A DNA stretch of 64,000 bases from a bacterium (GTDB taxonomy: Bacteria > Bacteroidota > Bacteroidia > Bacteroidales > FEN-979), in contig JAZDGR010000105.1 of NCBI GenBank assembly GCA_043806735.1, forward strand, positions 3,294-67,293, written 5' to 3'. Both the position numbers and the translations under genes were made by a program. The notes beneath the pieces are model-generated. The model saw only the letters and a program-made list of their open reading frames with translations. It had not been told where the DNA came from and did no database searches. This document shows, in pieces, positions 28,813-40,217 of the stretch. Position 1 is the first letter of the stretch; the number at the start of each line of letters is the position of its first letter.

Positions 28813-29441
28813 TGTTTGCTCAGGTAATCAGCAACACCATCGGAAGTTGCCTTCATGCCTTCTTCCCCTTTTTGCCAGTTTGCCGGGCAAACTTCCCCGT
28901 TTTCTTCAAAGAATTGAAGGGCATCTACCATGCGAATCGCCTCATCGATATTGCGTCCAAGGGGAAGGTCGTTGACAATCTGATGTCTTACAATTCCTTG
29001 TTTGTCAATCAGGAAAAGGCCCCTGAAAGCAACGGCTCCCCCCTCAAATTCGAGAGCCCCCTCTTCCGATGAGTAGTATTCACCTGCTAACACATCATAG
29101 TTTGCCGATATGGTTTTGGAAAGATCGGAAACTAAAGGATACTTCACACCCTGGATCCCTCCTTTATTTTTAGGTGTATTCAACCAGGCCCAATGAGAAA
29201 ATTTGGAGTCAACGGAACACCCCACTACGGCGACGTTCATCTTTTCAAATTCTCCCAGCTTTTTCTGAAATGCAAGCAATTCAGTGGGGCATACAAAAGT
29301 AAAATCCAGCGGGTAGAAGAAAAAAATGACATATTTCTTCCCGATGTATTGTTCCAGGGAAAATTTTTCAACGAACTCACCCCCATTTGTTACCGCATCC
29401 GCTTCGAATAAAGGAGCTTTTTTTCCTACTAATACTGCCAT
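28809..29441 (-). CDS. Typical 2-Cys peroxiredoxin (AhpC/Tsa family)
   Basis: Peroxidatic Cys in FYPLDFTFVCPTE, resolving Cys in EVCPANW. 210 aa. Confidence 0.9.
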   Translation of the reverse strand: MAVLVGKKAPLFEADAVTNGGEFVEKFSLEQYIGKKYVIFFFYPLDFTFVCPTELLAFQKKLGEFEKMNVAVVGCSVDSKFSHWAWLNTPKNKGGIQGVKYPLVSDLSKTISANYDVLAGEYYSSEEGALEFEGGAVAFRGLFLIDKQGIVRHQIVNDLPLGRNIDEAIRMVDALQFFEENGEVCPANWQKGEEGMKATSDGVADYLSKH

Positions 29442-29469
29442 GGTATATATTTTTAAAATTTAGTTTTTG

Positions 29470-29477
29470 CAAAGATA
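29470..29477 (-). promoter_or_regulatory. -7 box (TATCTTTG) for the peroxiredoxin gene
   Basis: Minus strand reads TATCTTTG, 29 nt upstream of the ATG at 29441. Confidence 0.45.
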
Positions 29478-29519
29478 CAAATTATTTAGAAAGAATATTA
29501 ATAAGATTGCATTTCCCAT

Positions 29520-31016
29520 TTAAAGTTTTATATCCTCAAAGCTGAATTGAATCGGCCTGTTTGATTGGAAGTCAAAGAGGGTCAATTTACGCAATTCGAA
29601 ATAGCTTCGCCAAAAAGTTTGTAATGCCTGGTAGTAAGCCTTCTCGGAGTTATCCGTTTCAATTTGCGCATTGTTCAGGTCCAGGATGCTGTTCATTTTT
29701 CCGATCATGTAACGACCTTTAGTTACTTCATAATTTTTACGGGCAACCGTATCGGATTTTGCTGCAATTGTCACCTGGTTCTTTTGCATATTAAACTGAA
29801 CCACTTTCAGATATACGTTCTGCTGGAAATCAAGGATTTCCTGTTCTACCGAATTTTTTACTATTTCTTCCTGCGATTCTGCGATTTTGATCCTTCCCCT
29901 GGCAACACCCCAATCATAAATAGGGATGTTGATACCCAGCGCGACCTGTTGCTGATCCAATGGATTCTGGTAGGCCCCGGATAGAGTTCCTGCATTTTTT
30001 GTCAAACCGACTACTGCTGTGAGTTCCGCATCAAACCGGCCTTCAAGGCGAGCCTGGTGAACATCCCTTGCAGCTTCCATGAGTCGCTTCTGAAAGTCAA
30101 TGTAAGTTGATGAATTTGATTTTGACAGGTTAAACGCCTGATCCGGATTTACAGTAAAAAAATCAATCTTTGCAGGAGGGATTAAAATAATGGGAATTGT
30201 ATCTTTTATCCGGAGGTAGGATTTGAATCTATAAAGGGCATTCCCAAGCTCAAGGTTTGCGTTTTCCACGGCAGCTTGTGCCTTTAAATAGTTCAGTTCC
30301 AGCAAGAGCAAATCGTTCTCTGCTATCTTCCCGAGTTGGTATCTTCCTTGCGCAATTCTGAACAACGTATCATAGTTTGAGAGGTTGGTCTTTGCGATTT
30401 TCAGCTCAATCTGGGCGTTCAACAGGTTAAAGAAATAATTTGTAGCTGTGATGCTGATTTGTTGCACGTCTTCCAGGTATCGTTGTTTAGCCTGGGAGTA
30501 TTTCATCGGTTGGATTTTTTTATCCCACCGGTAGGGATTGAATTGAAAAATGGGTTGAACCAACCCAATGTTTACAGGAGTTGAAAGGAAAGAGGAGATT
30601 GTACTTGAGTCGGTAATATTGTACATGGCTTCCAATCCTGACCGAATGAATATGGAACCTCCTGTAAATCCAACCTTTTGTGTCAGGGACAATGTTGCGT
30701 CAGAACTTACGTATTGCTGTGGGACAAATAGTTGTTCTCCGCTTATTGGATCGGTGACCGGGGTGATTGCTCTCTGAAGTTGAGGGATATTCGCATCCAG
30801 TTGCAACAGAGGGAGGTTGGATGCCCTGAACGATTTATATTCCCAGAAGCTGGCGCGGAAACTTTGCTTGGAATTCAAGGCGTCGGGCGATTGGTCTTTG
30901 GCAATTCCAATTGCATCCTGAAGTGTCAGTCTTCTTGCATTTACCTGGGCGGGAGAGGAAACATGCCAGGCATTTGCCAGTAGAATAAGGAGAGATAGAA
31001 TGATGAACCTTTTCAT
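29520..31016 (-). CDS. TolC-family outer-membrane efflux protein
   Basis: Signal peptide, two OEP-type repeats, 498 aa. Last gene of the adaptor-permease-TolC operon. Confidence 0.8.
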   Translation of the reverse strand: MKRFIILSLLILLANAWHVSSPAQVNARRLTLQDAIGIAKDQSPDALNSKQSFRASFWEYKSFRASNLPLLQLDANIPQLQRAITPVTDPISGEQLFVPQQYVSSDATLSLTQKVGFTGGSIFIRSGLEAMYNITDSSTISSFLSTPVNIGLVQPIFQFNPYRWDKKIQPMKYSQAKQRYLEDVQQISITATNYFFNLLNAQIELKIAKTNLSNYDTLFRIAQGRYQLGKIAENDLLLLELNYLKAQAAVENANLELGNALYRFKSYLRIKDTIPIILIPPAKIDFFTVNPDQAFNLSKSNSSTYIDFQKRLMEAARDVHQARLEGRFDAELTAVVGLTKNAGTLSGAYQNPLDQQQVALGINIPIYDWGVARGRIKIAESQEEIVKNSVEQEILDFQQNVYLKVVQFNMQKNQVTIAAKSDTVARKNYEVTKGRYMIGKMNSILDLNNAQIETDNSEKAYYQALQTFWRSYFELRKLTLFDFQSNRPIQFSFEDIKL

Positions 31017-31034
31017 GGTTTACGTGATTGCCAG

Positions 31035-32408
31035 TTATTCATACCTGAGGGATTCAACCGGGTCCTGTCTGGCCGCCCGTTTTGCCGGCATGTAGCCGAA
31101 GATGATCCCAACAGAGACGGAAACGCCAAACGAGACCAGAATGGAAAGAGGGGATATGATCGTAAGGATTCCTGTGACTTCCATGATAATTTTCGAAAAG
31201 GCAAGGCCCAAGATGATCCCGATAAGGCCACCGGTAATGCTTAGCAATGTAGCTTCGGAAAGAAACTGGAGGGTGATATCCCGTTTGGTTGCACCAATTG
31301 CCTGCCGGATTCCGATCTCTTTTATTCTCTCCATCACCGAGGCCAGCATGATGTTCATGATCCCGATGCCGCCGACGAGCAGTGAAATGCTGGCGATCGC
31401 TCCGAGAACAATATTAAAGATATCTTTTGTACGCTGTTCCTGGCGAAGCAGAAGTTCGGGAACTTTTATTTCTATATCTTCCACCCCGAGGTGTCGTCGG
31501 GCCATCATTCTTTGCAGGATTTCAGTTGTCGGTCCGATCATGGAGCTCTCTTTCACCTGAACAACAATTTTGTCGATCTGGTTCTTTTCAACCCCTTCCT
31601 GGGACCCTCCAAATGAAATGGCGAAATCTCCCCCAAAAAACATCCCACTCCCGCCACGGAGGGACGATTCAGTTACCAAAGCTCTGTCTTTGTATCTTCT
31701 GAAGATGGTTTGAATAGGGGCGTAGATCGTGTTATTATAATCAGAAATTCCCAGGTTGTCTATAGCCGTTTCTTTAATTACCTGTTTTTTCAATACACCC
31801 ACAACGCGAAGCCAGATATGACCGCATTTGATCTCCTTGCCGATGGGGTTTTCTTTCGGAAAAAACCGCGATTTGATGGATGGGCCAATGATGCAGACCG
31901 GTTTTCCTTCCCTGAGCTGTTCCTGATTGAACATTTCTCCATCCTGAAGTTCGAGCCCAAAGACCGCAAAGAAATCGGGGGTGATACCGGTAAGTTTGGT
32001 GGAGATTCTCCTCCCGTCTTTCATCACATCTGTTTCGTAAATGACTTCCGGACTGATCCGTTCGACGGTAGGCAGAATATCCCGGATACTTTCCGCATCT
32101 TTCATGGAAAGCCCCGGCGAGTATTTTTCACGTCCTTTCCGGGTGCCGACATCCTGCTCAGCGGATTGGTCGTCATTCTGGTTTTTCCCTTTGGTTTTTT
32201 CTGTCTTGGGCGTAATGATGATGTTATTTACGCCGACCAGTTTCATCTGGTCCAGAATCTCCTGTTTGGCTCCGGCTCCGATAGCCATCATAGCGATGAC
32301 TGCAGCAACGCCAAATATGATCCCCAGCGCGGTAAGCATGGACCGGAATTTATTCAGGAAGACAGCTTCCAGTGCGATATTCAGAATATAGATGTACCTT
32401 TCGAACAC
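31035..32408 (-). CDS. MacB/FtsX-type ABC transporter permease (no ATPase domain)
   Basis: N-terminal TM (FRSMLTALGIIFGVAAVIAM), large periplasmic domain, and a C-terminal FtsX 3-TM bundle. The start codon at 32408 is GTG. Confidence 0.8.
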   Translation of the reverse strand: MFERYIYILNIALEAVFLNKFRSMLTALGIIFGVAAVIAMMAIGAGAKQEILDQMKLVGVNNIIITPKTEKTKGKNQNDDQSAEQDVGTRKGREKYSPGLSMKDAESIRDILPTVERISPEVIYETDVMKDGRRISTKLTGITPDFFAVFGLELQDGEMFNQEQLREGKPVCIIGPSIKSRFFPKENPIGKEIKCGHIWLRVVGVLKKQVIKETAIDNLGISDYNNTIYAPIQTIFRRYKDRALVTESSLRGGSGMFFGGDFAISFGGSQEGVEKNQIDKIVVQVKESSMIGPTTEILQRMMARRHLGVEDIEIKVPELLLRQEQRTKDIFNIVLGAIASISLLVGGIGIMNIMLASVMERIKEIGIRQAIGATKRDITLQFLSEATLLSITGGLIGIILGLAFSKIIMEVTGILTIISPLSILVSFGVSVSVGIIFGYMPAKRAARQDPVESLRYE

Positions 32409-32435
32409 GATCCGGGGATTCGTTTGTAAGAGCTG

Positions 32436-33824
32436 TTAATTCGTTTGACGGAGAACATTGAACTTCATTTTCTTGTTGCCGGCATTTTTATGCATGTTAC
32501 TGTCGGAAACCTGTTTAGGAACCATTGAATCTGTTTTCCCGGGAGTTGTCTCTTTTACTTTGTATTTTTCTAAGATGTCGGGGGGCAGCATGATCAATTT
32601 CAAATCTGCTCTATCTTCCGGGGCGATCAGAAGAACTTCATCTTCTTCAGTCAGTCCTTCTTTGACGATGATCTCATTATCGTTGCTGAGTCCGACCACG
32701 ATCTGTTGCCGAATAACCCGCGATCCGTCTTGTTTGTAAACGAAAGTAGCAGTGTCGTTATTAAATACTGCTTCGAGGGAAATGAAACGGACGCTGTCGA
32801 TAGTTGCTGTAAGAATGGTATTTTTTGTTGTCATAGCCGGGCGGAGGATGGAGTCAAATTCATTGACAAGAATTTTAACCTCAAATACTTTTGCATTTGA
32901 ACCTTGGAGTTGTTCCCCGATATTGGCAACTTCAGTTACTTTGCCGGTAAATTTTTTCTCAGGGAAGGCATCGATGCCGATTTTTACGGATTGGCCTACC
33001 TTCACCTTGCTGATGTCAATCTCATTTACATAGGTTTTTGAGATCATTTCGGAGAGGTCGGGTAGTTCTGCCACGATATTATCCCATGCGCTGACTGTTG
33101 CCCCGACTCCCATTTTATTCCCATCCCAGTTTCTTCTGTATATAACCATTCCCGATTTGGGTGCTATGACGGTAAACGCCTGGAGGACTTCTTGCATTTG
33201 CTCAAGTTTACGTTGCGCCTGGTTATAGGATGCGGTCACTTCCTGCATGTTGGCGACTGCTTTCTGGAGCCGTAATTCGTAATTCTTTTCAGCTTGGTCG
33301 AAGGCTCGTTCTCCTTTTTCAAGATCTATCTGAACCTGGCGGATCGTAGCCGGGGGTTCATATTTCGATTGGTCGAGTGCGATTTTCTTCTCTTCCAGGT
33401 TATACTGGAGGTTAATCAGTTCATCGCGGGCGTTGCGTAGTTCCAGGGATGTATCGAGTTTGGTTTTAATGAGCTGGGATTCATATTTTTCAAGATTGGT
33501 CTCTTCGTCTTTGATGCGGTTAGATATTTCGGTCCGATCAAGTGATGCAACGTATTGCCCGGAGTCGACCACCGTTCCGTCGGGAATGATATCCTGGATT
33601 TTTACCTGCCATATCTGAACCTGGCGCAATCCTTGCGGGCCATAGATTTTTTCGGAACTTTTCGCAATCAACTCGCCGGTAGTGGTAACTTCGATAGGGA
33701 AGCTTCCGTATTTCACCGCAACAGAGACTTCCTGGGTTTTATCCGGTTTTGAGAAAATGAAAAACAGAATGATTGCCAAAAGTATAAACCCGGCAAAAAT
33801 ATAGAGGTACCTTTTTGCTGTCAT
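32436..33824 (-). CDS. HlyD/MacA-type periplasmic adaptor subunit
   Basis: N-terminal TM, coiled-coil hairpin (QLIKTKLDTSLELRNARDEL...), and C-terminal barrel domains. Confidence 0.8.
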   Translation of the reverse strand: MTAKRYLYIFAGFILLAIILFFIFSKPDKTQEVSVAVKYGSFPIEVTTTGELIAKSSEKIYGPQGLRQVQIWQVKIQDIIPDGTVVDSGQYVASLDRTEISNRIKDEETNLEKYESQLIKTKLDTSLELRNARDELINLQYNLEEKKIALDQSKYEPPATIRQVQIDLEKGERAFDQAEKNYELRLQKAVANMQEVTASYNQAQRKLEQMQEVLQAFTVIAPKSGMVIYRRNWDGNKMGVGATVSAWDNIVAELPDLSEMISKTYVNEIDISKVKVGQSVKIGIDAFPEKKFTGKVTEVANIGEQLQGSNAKVFEVKILVNEFDSILRPAMTTKNTILTATIDSVRFISLEAVFNNDTATFVYKQDGSRVIRQQIVVGLSNDNEIIVKEGLTEEDEVLLIAPEDRADLKLIMLPPDILEKYKVKETTPGKTDSMVPKQVSDSNMHKNAGNKKMKFNVLRQTN

Positions 33825-33845
33825 AGAAAAGATGTGTTAAACACA

Positions 33846-33853
33846 CAAAGATA
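33846..33853 (-). promoter_or_regulatory. -7 box (TATCTTTG) for the efflux operon
   Basis: Minus strand reads TATCTTTG, 22 nt upstream of the ATG at 33824. Confidence 0.4.
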
Positions 33854-33890
33854 TGCGCTCGTTATGAAAAGACCAAGTGAAAACGATAGA

Positions 33891-35858
<1,968 letters not shown>

Positions 35859-35885
35859 TCAGTTAAATAAATTTATATATCTGTA

Positions 35886-35893
35886 CAAATCTA
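35886..35893 (-). promoter_or_regulatory. -7 box (TAGATTTG) for gyrB
   Basis: 34 nt upstream of the ATG at 35852, in an AT-rich spacer. Confidence 0.4.
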
Positions 35894-35986
35894 CAAAAAA
35901 AAGAAACACAAAATCTTGAGAAATACCAGTAAAATCAAGGATTTTATTAACAATTTCCAGTGAATAATGCAGGCGAACTAAATACC

Positions 35987-37039
35987 TCAGGAATATTTGA
36001 GAAAGTTGAGGATCAAATCTGCTGCGTGACCATCTCCAAATGCCTCCGATCTGGGAGCGGAAAGAGGTGGAGAATTGACAGCTTTTACGATGACATCAGG
36101 ATCGGTGCCGGCGACTTTATTCCAGCCGTCGAGCAGGGTTTCCAGCCATTCTGTTTCAGTGCGCAACGTGATGCAAGGGATCCCAAGAAAATAGGCTTCT
36201 TTCTGGAGCCCTCCCGAGTCGGTCAGCACCTTTTCAGCTTTCATTGTCAGGGCAATCATTTGAAGATAACTCACAGGATCTATCAACCGGAGGTTTGCCG
36301 GAGCGGAGAAACTAGAAATGATTTTCCGGGTGCGTGGATGGATGGGCAGGATGACCTGAAAGGGAAGTGCTCCGAAGGCTTTCAGAATGTTGGTCATGTG
36401 TTCAGAATGATCCGTATTTTCAGCTCTATGGATGGTTGCCAGGAAGTACTTTTCAGGGAGATTTTTTATCCTGTATTGATCCAGGTTGTTCAGAACCATC
36501 TCCCGGAAGTAAAGAAGCGAATCATACATCACGTCCCCTGTAAACTTCGTCGATGATTCCAGCCCTTCTTTCTTCAGGTTATCAATCGCGGTTTGAGTAG
36601 GGGCAAAGAGCAAATCTGATATCCGGTCTGTCACGATCCGGTTGATTTCTTCGGGCATGACGCGATTGAAACTGCGAAGACCTGCTTCCACATGAGCAAC
36701 GGGAATGTGCAGTTTTGTAGCTGCCAGGGCACCGGCTACCGTTGAGTTTGTGTCTCCGTAGAGCAAGGTCCAATCGGGTTTCTCTTTCAGCAACACCTCT
36801 TCAATTCCTTTCAGCATCATGCCGGTTTGCCAGGCATGACTTCCTGACCCAACACCAAGGTTATAATCCGGTTCCGGGATATGGAGTTCTTCAAAGAAGA
36901 CTTTGGACATATTTTCGTCGTAGTGCTGACCGGTATGGAGGATGATCTCCCGGATGCCGGGATACGTCAGGATGACACGAGAAACGGTTGCTGCTTTGAC
37001 GAACTGGGGACGGGCCCCGATCACAGAAACGATCTTCAT
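35987..37039 (-). CDS. wecB: UDP-N-acetylglucosamine 2-epimerase (non-hydrolysing)
   Basis: True start is MKIVSVIGARPQFVKAA (ATG at 37039). HVEAGLRSF motif. The 36-codon upstream extension in the ORF track runs into rnpB and is rejected. Confidence 0.85.
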   Translation of the reverse strand: MKIVSVIGARPQFVKAATVSRVILTYPGIREIILHTGQHYDENMSKVFFEELHIPEPDYNLGVGSGSHAWQTGMMLKGIEEVLLKEKPDWTLLYGDTNSTVAGALAATKLHIPVAHVEAGLRSFNRVMPEEINRIVTDRISDLLFAPTQTAIDNLKKEGLESSTKFTGDVMYDSLLYFREMVLNNLDQYRIKNLPEKYFLATIHRAENTDHSEHMTNILKAFGALPFQVILPIHPRTRKIISSFSAPANLRLIDPVSYLQMIALTMKAEKVLTDSGGLQKEAYFLGIPCITLRTETEWLETLLDGWNKVAGTDPDVIVKAVNSPPLSAPRSEAFGDGHAADLILNFLKYS

Positions 37040-37057
37040 GTGGATCTCATTAAAAGT

Positions 37058-37493
37058 AAACCAGCAGTTCTGTAAGCGGGATTCTGTCCTCCTGGTATGG
37101 GCGACCCGCTGGGTCGCCCATACCAGGGTTCTGTCATTTATCTGCACCGGACGTCACCGGCCGGCTGGAGCGACCTACCCCTCCCGAAATCCGAAGATCC
37201 TGGCGAGCCACCAGGTGGTTTACACCATCGGGATATACGTGGTCTTTCAACCCATGAGGTTTACCCTTCCGACCGGTTGCCCGGCCGGAACGTGGTCTCT
37301 TACACCGCGTTTTCACCCTTGTCTCTAAAGGTGACCCGCCGGGTCGCCCTTACAGGCGGTTATTTTCTGTGGCACTAGCTGTGTCCCGATCAAATCGGGA
37401 CCCTTCCCGTTAAGAAGCATGGTGCTCTATGTTGTCCCGACTTTCCTTCCCGATTGGTAAAAACCATCGGGACGACAGTCCGAACTGCTGGTG
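37058..37493 (-). ncRNA. rnpB: RNase P RNA, bacterial type A
   Basis: The minus strand carries all universal blocks: GGAAGGAAAGUCGGGAC, ACAGAAAAUAACCGCC, AGGGUGAAAACGCGGUGUAAGAGACCAC, GGUAAACCUCAUGGG, AGAUAAAUGAC, ACAGAAUCCCGCUUAC. P1 pairs CCAGCAGUUC (37491-37482) with GAACUGCUGG (37070-37061). P4 pairs with a bulged U as in E. coli M1 RNA. Confidence 0.9.
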
Positions 37494-37495
37494 TG

Positions 37496-37512
37496 CAAAG
37501 ATAGCAAAGATA
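37496..37512 (-). promoter_or_regulatory. Duplicated -7 box (TATCTTTG x2) immediately upstream of the rnpB 5' end
   Basis: Minus strand reads GCTATCTTTGCTATCTTTGCACACCAGCAG. The proximal box ends 5 nt before the P1 strand. Confidence 0.5.
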
Positions 37513-37525
37513 GCTGACATTTCTC

Positions 37526-37533
37526 TACCTTTG
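37526..37533 (+). promoter_or_regulatory. -7 box (TACCTTTG) for the MATE gene
   Basis: 20 nt upstream of the ATG at 37554, divergent from the rnpB promoter. Confidence 0.4.
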
Positions 37534-37553
37534 CACCCTTTTACCGGATTGGA

Positions 37554-38919
37554 ATGAAGGATTTGAGTTACGGGAACGAAGGAAAGCTCATCTTCCGATT
37601 TGCTATCCCGATGTTGCTTGGAAACGTTTTCCAGCAGCTCTATAATGTCGTGGATGCCATCATCGTGGGTAAATTCATAGGGAACGAGGCACTGGCTGCT
37701 GTCGGAACCTCCTTCCCAATCATTTTTATGCTGATCTCTTTCATTATTGGGATCACCATGGGTTTTACGGTCATCATCTCCCAATATTTCGGAGCCAAAG
37801 AGATGGACAAGGTGACTAAGGCGATCAACACGCTGTACCTTTTTATCTTTGTTTCTTCCGTGTTAGTTAGTATAGCAGGGAGCCTGTTAAGTGAATCCAT
37901 TTTTCGTCTGATTGACCTGCCTGTCCAAATCATTCCCCAGGCCAAGCTTTTTCTGATCATTTATTTCTCCGGGGATGATCTTTCTTTTCGGATATAACGG
38001 AACCAGCGCCATCCTACGCGGTCTCGGGGATTCCAAAACACCGCTCTATTTTCTGATCGGATCGGTCATGCTGAACATCGTTCTTGACCTGGTTTTTGTA
38101 CTCGTATTTGGCTGGGGAATTGCCGGTGTGGCTATTGCCACCGTAATTTCACAAGCTGCGGCATTTATTGCACAGATCCTCTACCTCAACAGATACCATA
38201 CTTTTTTAAGGTTTTCGTTTCGGGAATTGCGTTTTGACAGAGCGATTTTCAATCAGGGGATCCGAATCGGACTTCCGACAGGGTTCCAGCAAGGATTCGT
38301 CGCAGCCGGGATGCTGGCTCTTTACTGGATCGTAAACCAGTTCGGGGTAACTGCCAATGCCGCATACAGCGCAGCGGGAAGGATCGACAGTTTTGCGGCT
38401 ATGCCGGCAATGAGTTTCAGTGCTGCTTTGAGCGCCTTTGTAGGGCAAAATCTGGGCGCCAATCGACTTGACCGTGTGAAAAAAGGGCTGACTTCGACGC
38501 TCCTGATGACCGGAGGGATCTCCCTGATAATTTCCCTGATCACTGTTTTTTTCGGGCGTTATCTCATGATGATGTTCACCAATGATCCGGAGGTGATTGA
38601 AATCGGGAAGGCTTACCTGATCATTATCGGGGCTTTTTATATTCTTTTCTCTTCGATGTTTATCTTACATGGGATGTTGCGTGGTGCCGGGGATACTTTT
38701 ATCCCGATGATCATCACCCTTCTGTCACTTTGGGTTGTCAGGGTACCGGTCGCATTTCTTCTTTCCAAAGTTCCTTCGATAGCACTGTATGGCGTTTTCT
38801 GGTCTATCCCGATCGGATGGTTTGCCGGGGTGGTCCTTGCAGGTCTCTATTATTTGGCAGGCCAGTGGAAACGGAAAGCAGTAGTAAAATTTGATGCTGA
38901 AGGGAAAAGAATAACCTAA
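37554..38919 (+). pseudogene. MATE-family multidrug/toxin efflux transporter interrupted by a +1 frameshift (or a homopolymer sequencing error)
   Basis: ORFs 37554..37997 and 37975..38919 are the N- and C-terminal parts of one MATE protein. Deleting one G of GGGG (37971-37974) restores ...IYFSGMIFLFGYNGTSAILRGLGDSKTP... Confidence 0.8.
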
Positions 38920-40217
38920 GCGGAAATCCGGTTCAAGACATCAACCAGTTTTTGTGTGAGTTCTTTTCTGGAATAACTCCCGATATTCCTGCTTTCGGCC
39001 TGAAGGGTTCCTTTTTTGAAACGGTTGTAATAGGTGAGAATATGCTCCTGAAGAGTCGCCTGATCGCCGTGTCCGGCGATGAATCCCGCGCCGGTTTCCT
39101 GCAGAATCTTTGCGGCATCCCCATCGGGAGGCCCTAGGCTCAAAATAGGCCTTTGGGCAGCCAAATATTCAAAGAACTTCCCGGTCAGGATCATCTTTGC
39201 ATTCGGAGTGTCGTTAATAATTAGCAAAAGAACCTGGGATTGCCGTTGACAGGTGATGACCTGATCGTGAGGCAGATACGGGATCCGGTTTAGAAATCCT
39301 GTCAGGCCGGATGTCTCCAAGGATTCTGATACCGTATGATCGATTTTGCCAACCAGTTTAATCTCGAGATCCTCCCGGAAGCCTGGCGTGGTTTTCACCA
39401 GGGTACTGAGCGCACTCCAAAGAGAAACCGGATTGCGCGTGCTGACCAGGGTACCGATATGCGCAATGGAGAACTTCCGGTCGGGTTCGGGTGGTGGTCC
39501 CGCAGGGATATCTTCTGTATCAAAACCGTTTGTAATCACATCATACTTGCGAGGGAAGATCAGGTTGAAATCAGAAGCCATTGTGTCGCTGATTACGGTA
39601 ACTGCCGAAGCAGAACGAAGAACAGCTTGTTCCAGTTGTCTGTGTTTTTGGTCGGATTTTCTGGTCAGTTTCAGGTCTTTGTAAAAGTCAATGTTTGTCC
39701 AGGGATCCCGAAAATCGGCAAGCCAGGGAACGTGCTGACGCCGGGATACCCGTAACGCTATCAGGTGGAGCGAATGAGGGGGACCTGTCGAAATTAGAAC
39801 ATCCACCGGGTGTTCCATGAGGTACCGGTTCAGGTATTTCACAGAGGGGTTGATCCAGAATTTCCGGGCATCCGGGATAAAGAAATTACCGCGAATCCAA
39901 ACAGCGATATTTTCAAGGATCGGGTTTTGCTTCTTTTCCGAGAGGAAGGCCGCATTGATCTTTTCCTCTTTTTTCCGGCCAATGAACCGTTTGTAAACAG
40001 TATAGGGTTCCCATATAGGTTGTTTCAGGATGGTGAGGTTTTGCGGGATATCCTTCTGAAGCGAGAGGTCTGTTTCGGGGTATTCCGGTTTTTCGGGAAT
40101 GTAAAGGACTGGTTCCCAGCCGAAGTCCCGAAAGTATTTGACGAATTTCAACCAGCGCTGTACGCCAGCTCCTCCACTCGGAGGCCAATAGTAAGTGATG
40201 ATCAGGGCTCTTTTCAT
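38916..40217 (-). CDS. Glycosyltransferase, GT4/GT-B type
   Basis: MKRALIITYYWPPSGGAGVQRW N-terminus. C-terminal GKFFEYLAAQRPIL. The ATG at 40217 overlaps the YfhO stop (ATGA). Confidence 0.7.
   Translation of the reverse strand: MKRALIITYYWPPSGGAGVQRWLKFVKYFRDFGWEPVLYIPEKPEYPETDLSLQKDIPQNLTILKQPIWEPYTVYKRFIGRKKEEKINAAFLSEKKQNPILENIAVWIRGNFFIPDARKFWINPSVKYLNRYLMEHPVDVLISTGPPHSLHLIALRVSRRQHVPWLADFRDPWTNIDFYKDLKLTRKSDQKHRQLEQAVLRSASAVTVISDTMASDFNLIFPRKYDVITNGFDTEDIPAGPPPEPDRKFSIAHIGTLVSTRNPVSLWSALSTLVKTTPGFREDLEIKLVGKIDHTVSESLETSGLTGFLNRIPYLPHDQVITCQRQSQVLLLIINDTPNAKMILTGKFFEYLAAQRPILSLGPPDGDAAKILQETGAGFIAGHGDQATLQEHILTYYNRFKKGTLQAESRNIGSYSRKELTQKLVDVLNRISA

Noticed and set aside
31710-32429. 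A 239-aa plus-strand ORF antisense to the MacB permease, with ORFs at 31102..31560 and 32041..32391 nearby.
   Set aside because: These are shadow ORFs on the opposite strand of a well-supported membrane-protein gene. They have no motifs and their composition mirrors the sense codons.
35960-36556. A 198-aa plus-strand ORF antisense to wecB.
   Set aside because: It is a shadow ORF. wecB on the other strand has clear family motifs.
37040-37147. A 36-codon N-terminal extension of the wecB ORF (MQINDRTLVWATQRVAHTRR...). Also the ORFs at 36942..37328 (+), 37097..37378 (+) and 37134..37316 (-).
   Set aside because: They lie on the RNase P RNA gene. wecB has a canonical N-terminus (MKIVSVIGARPQF) at the internal ATG at 37039.
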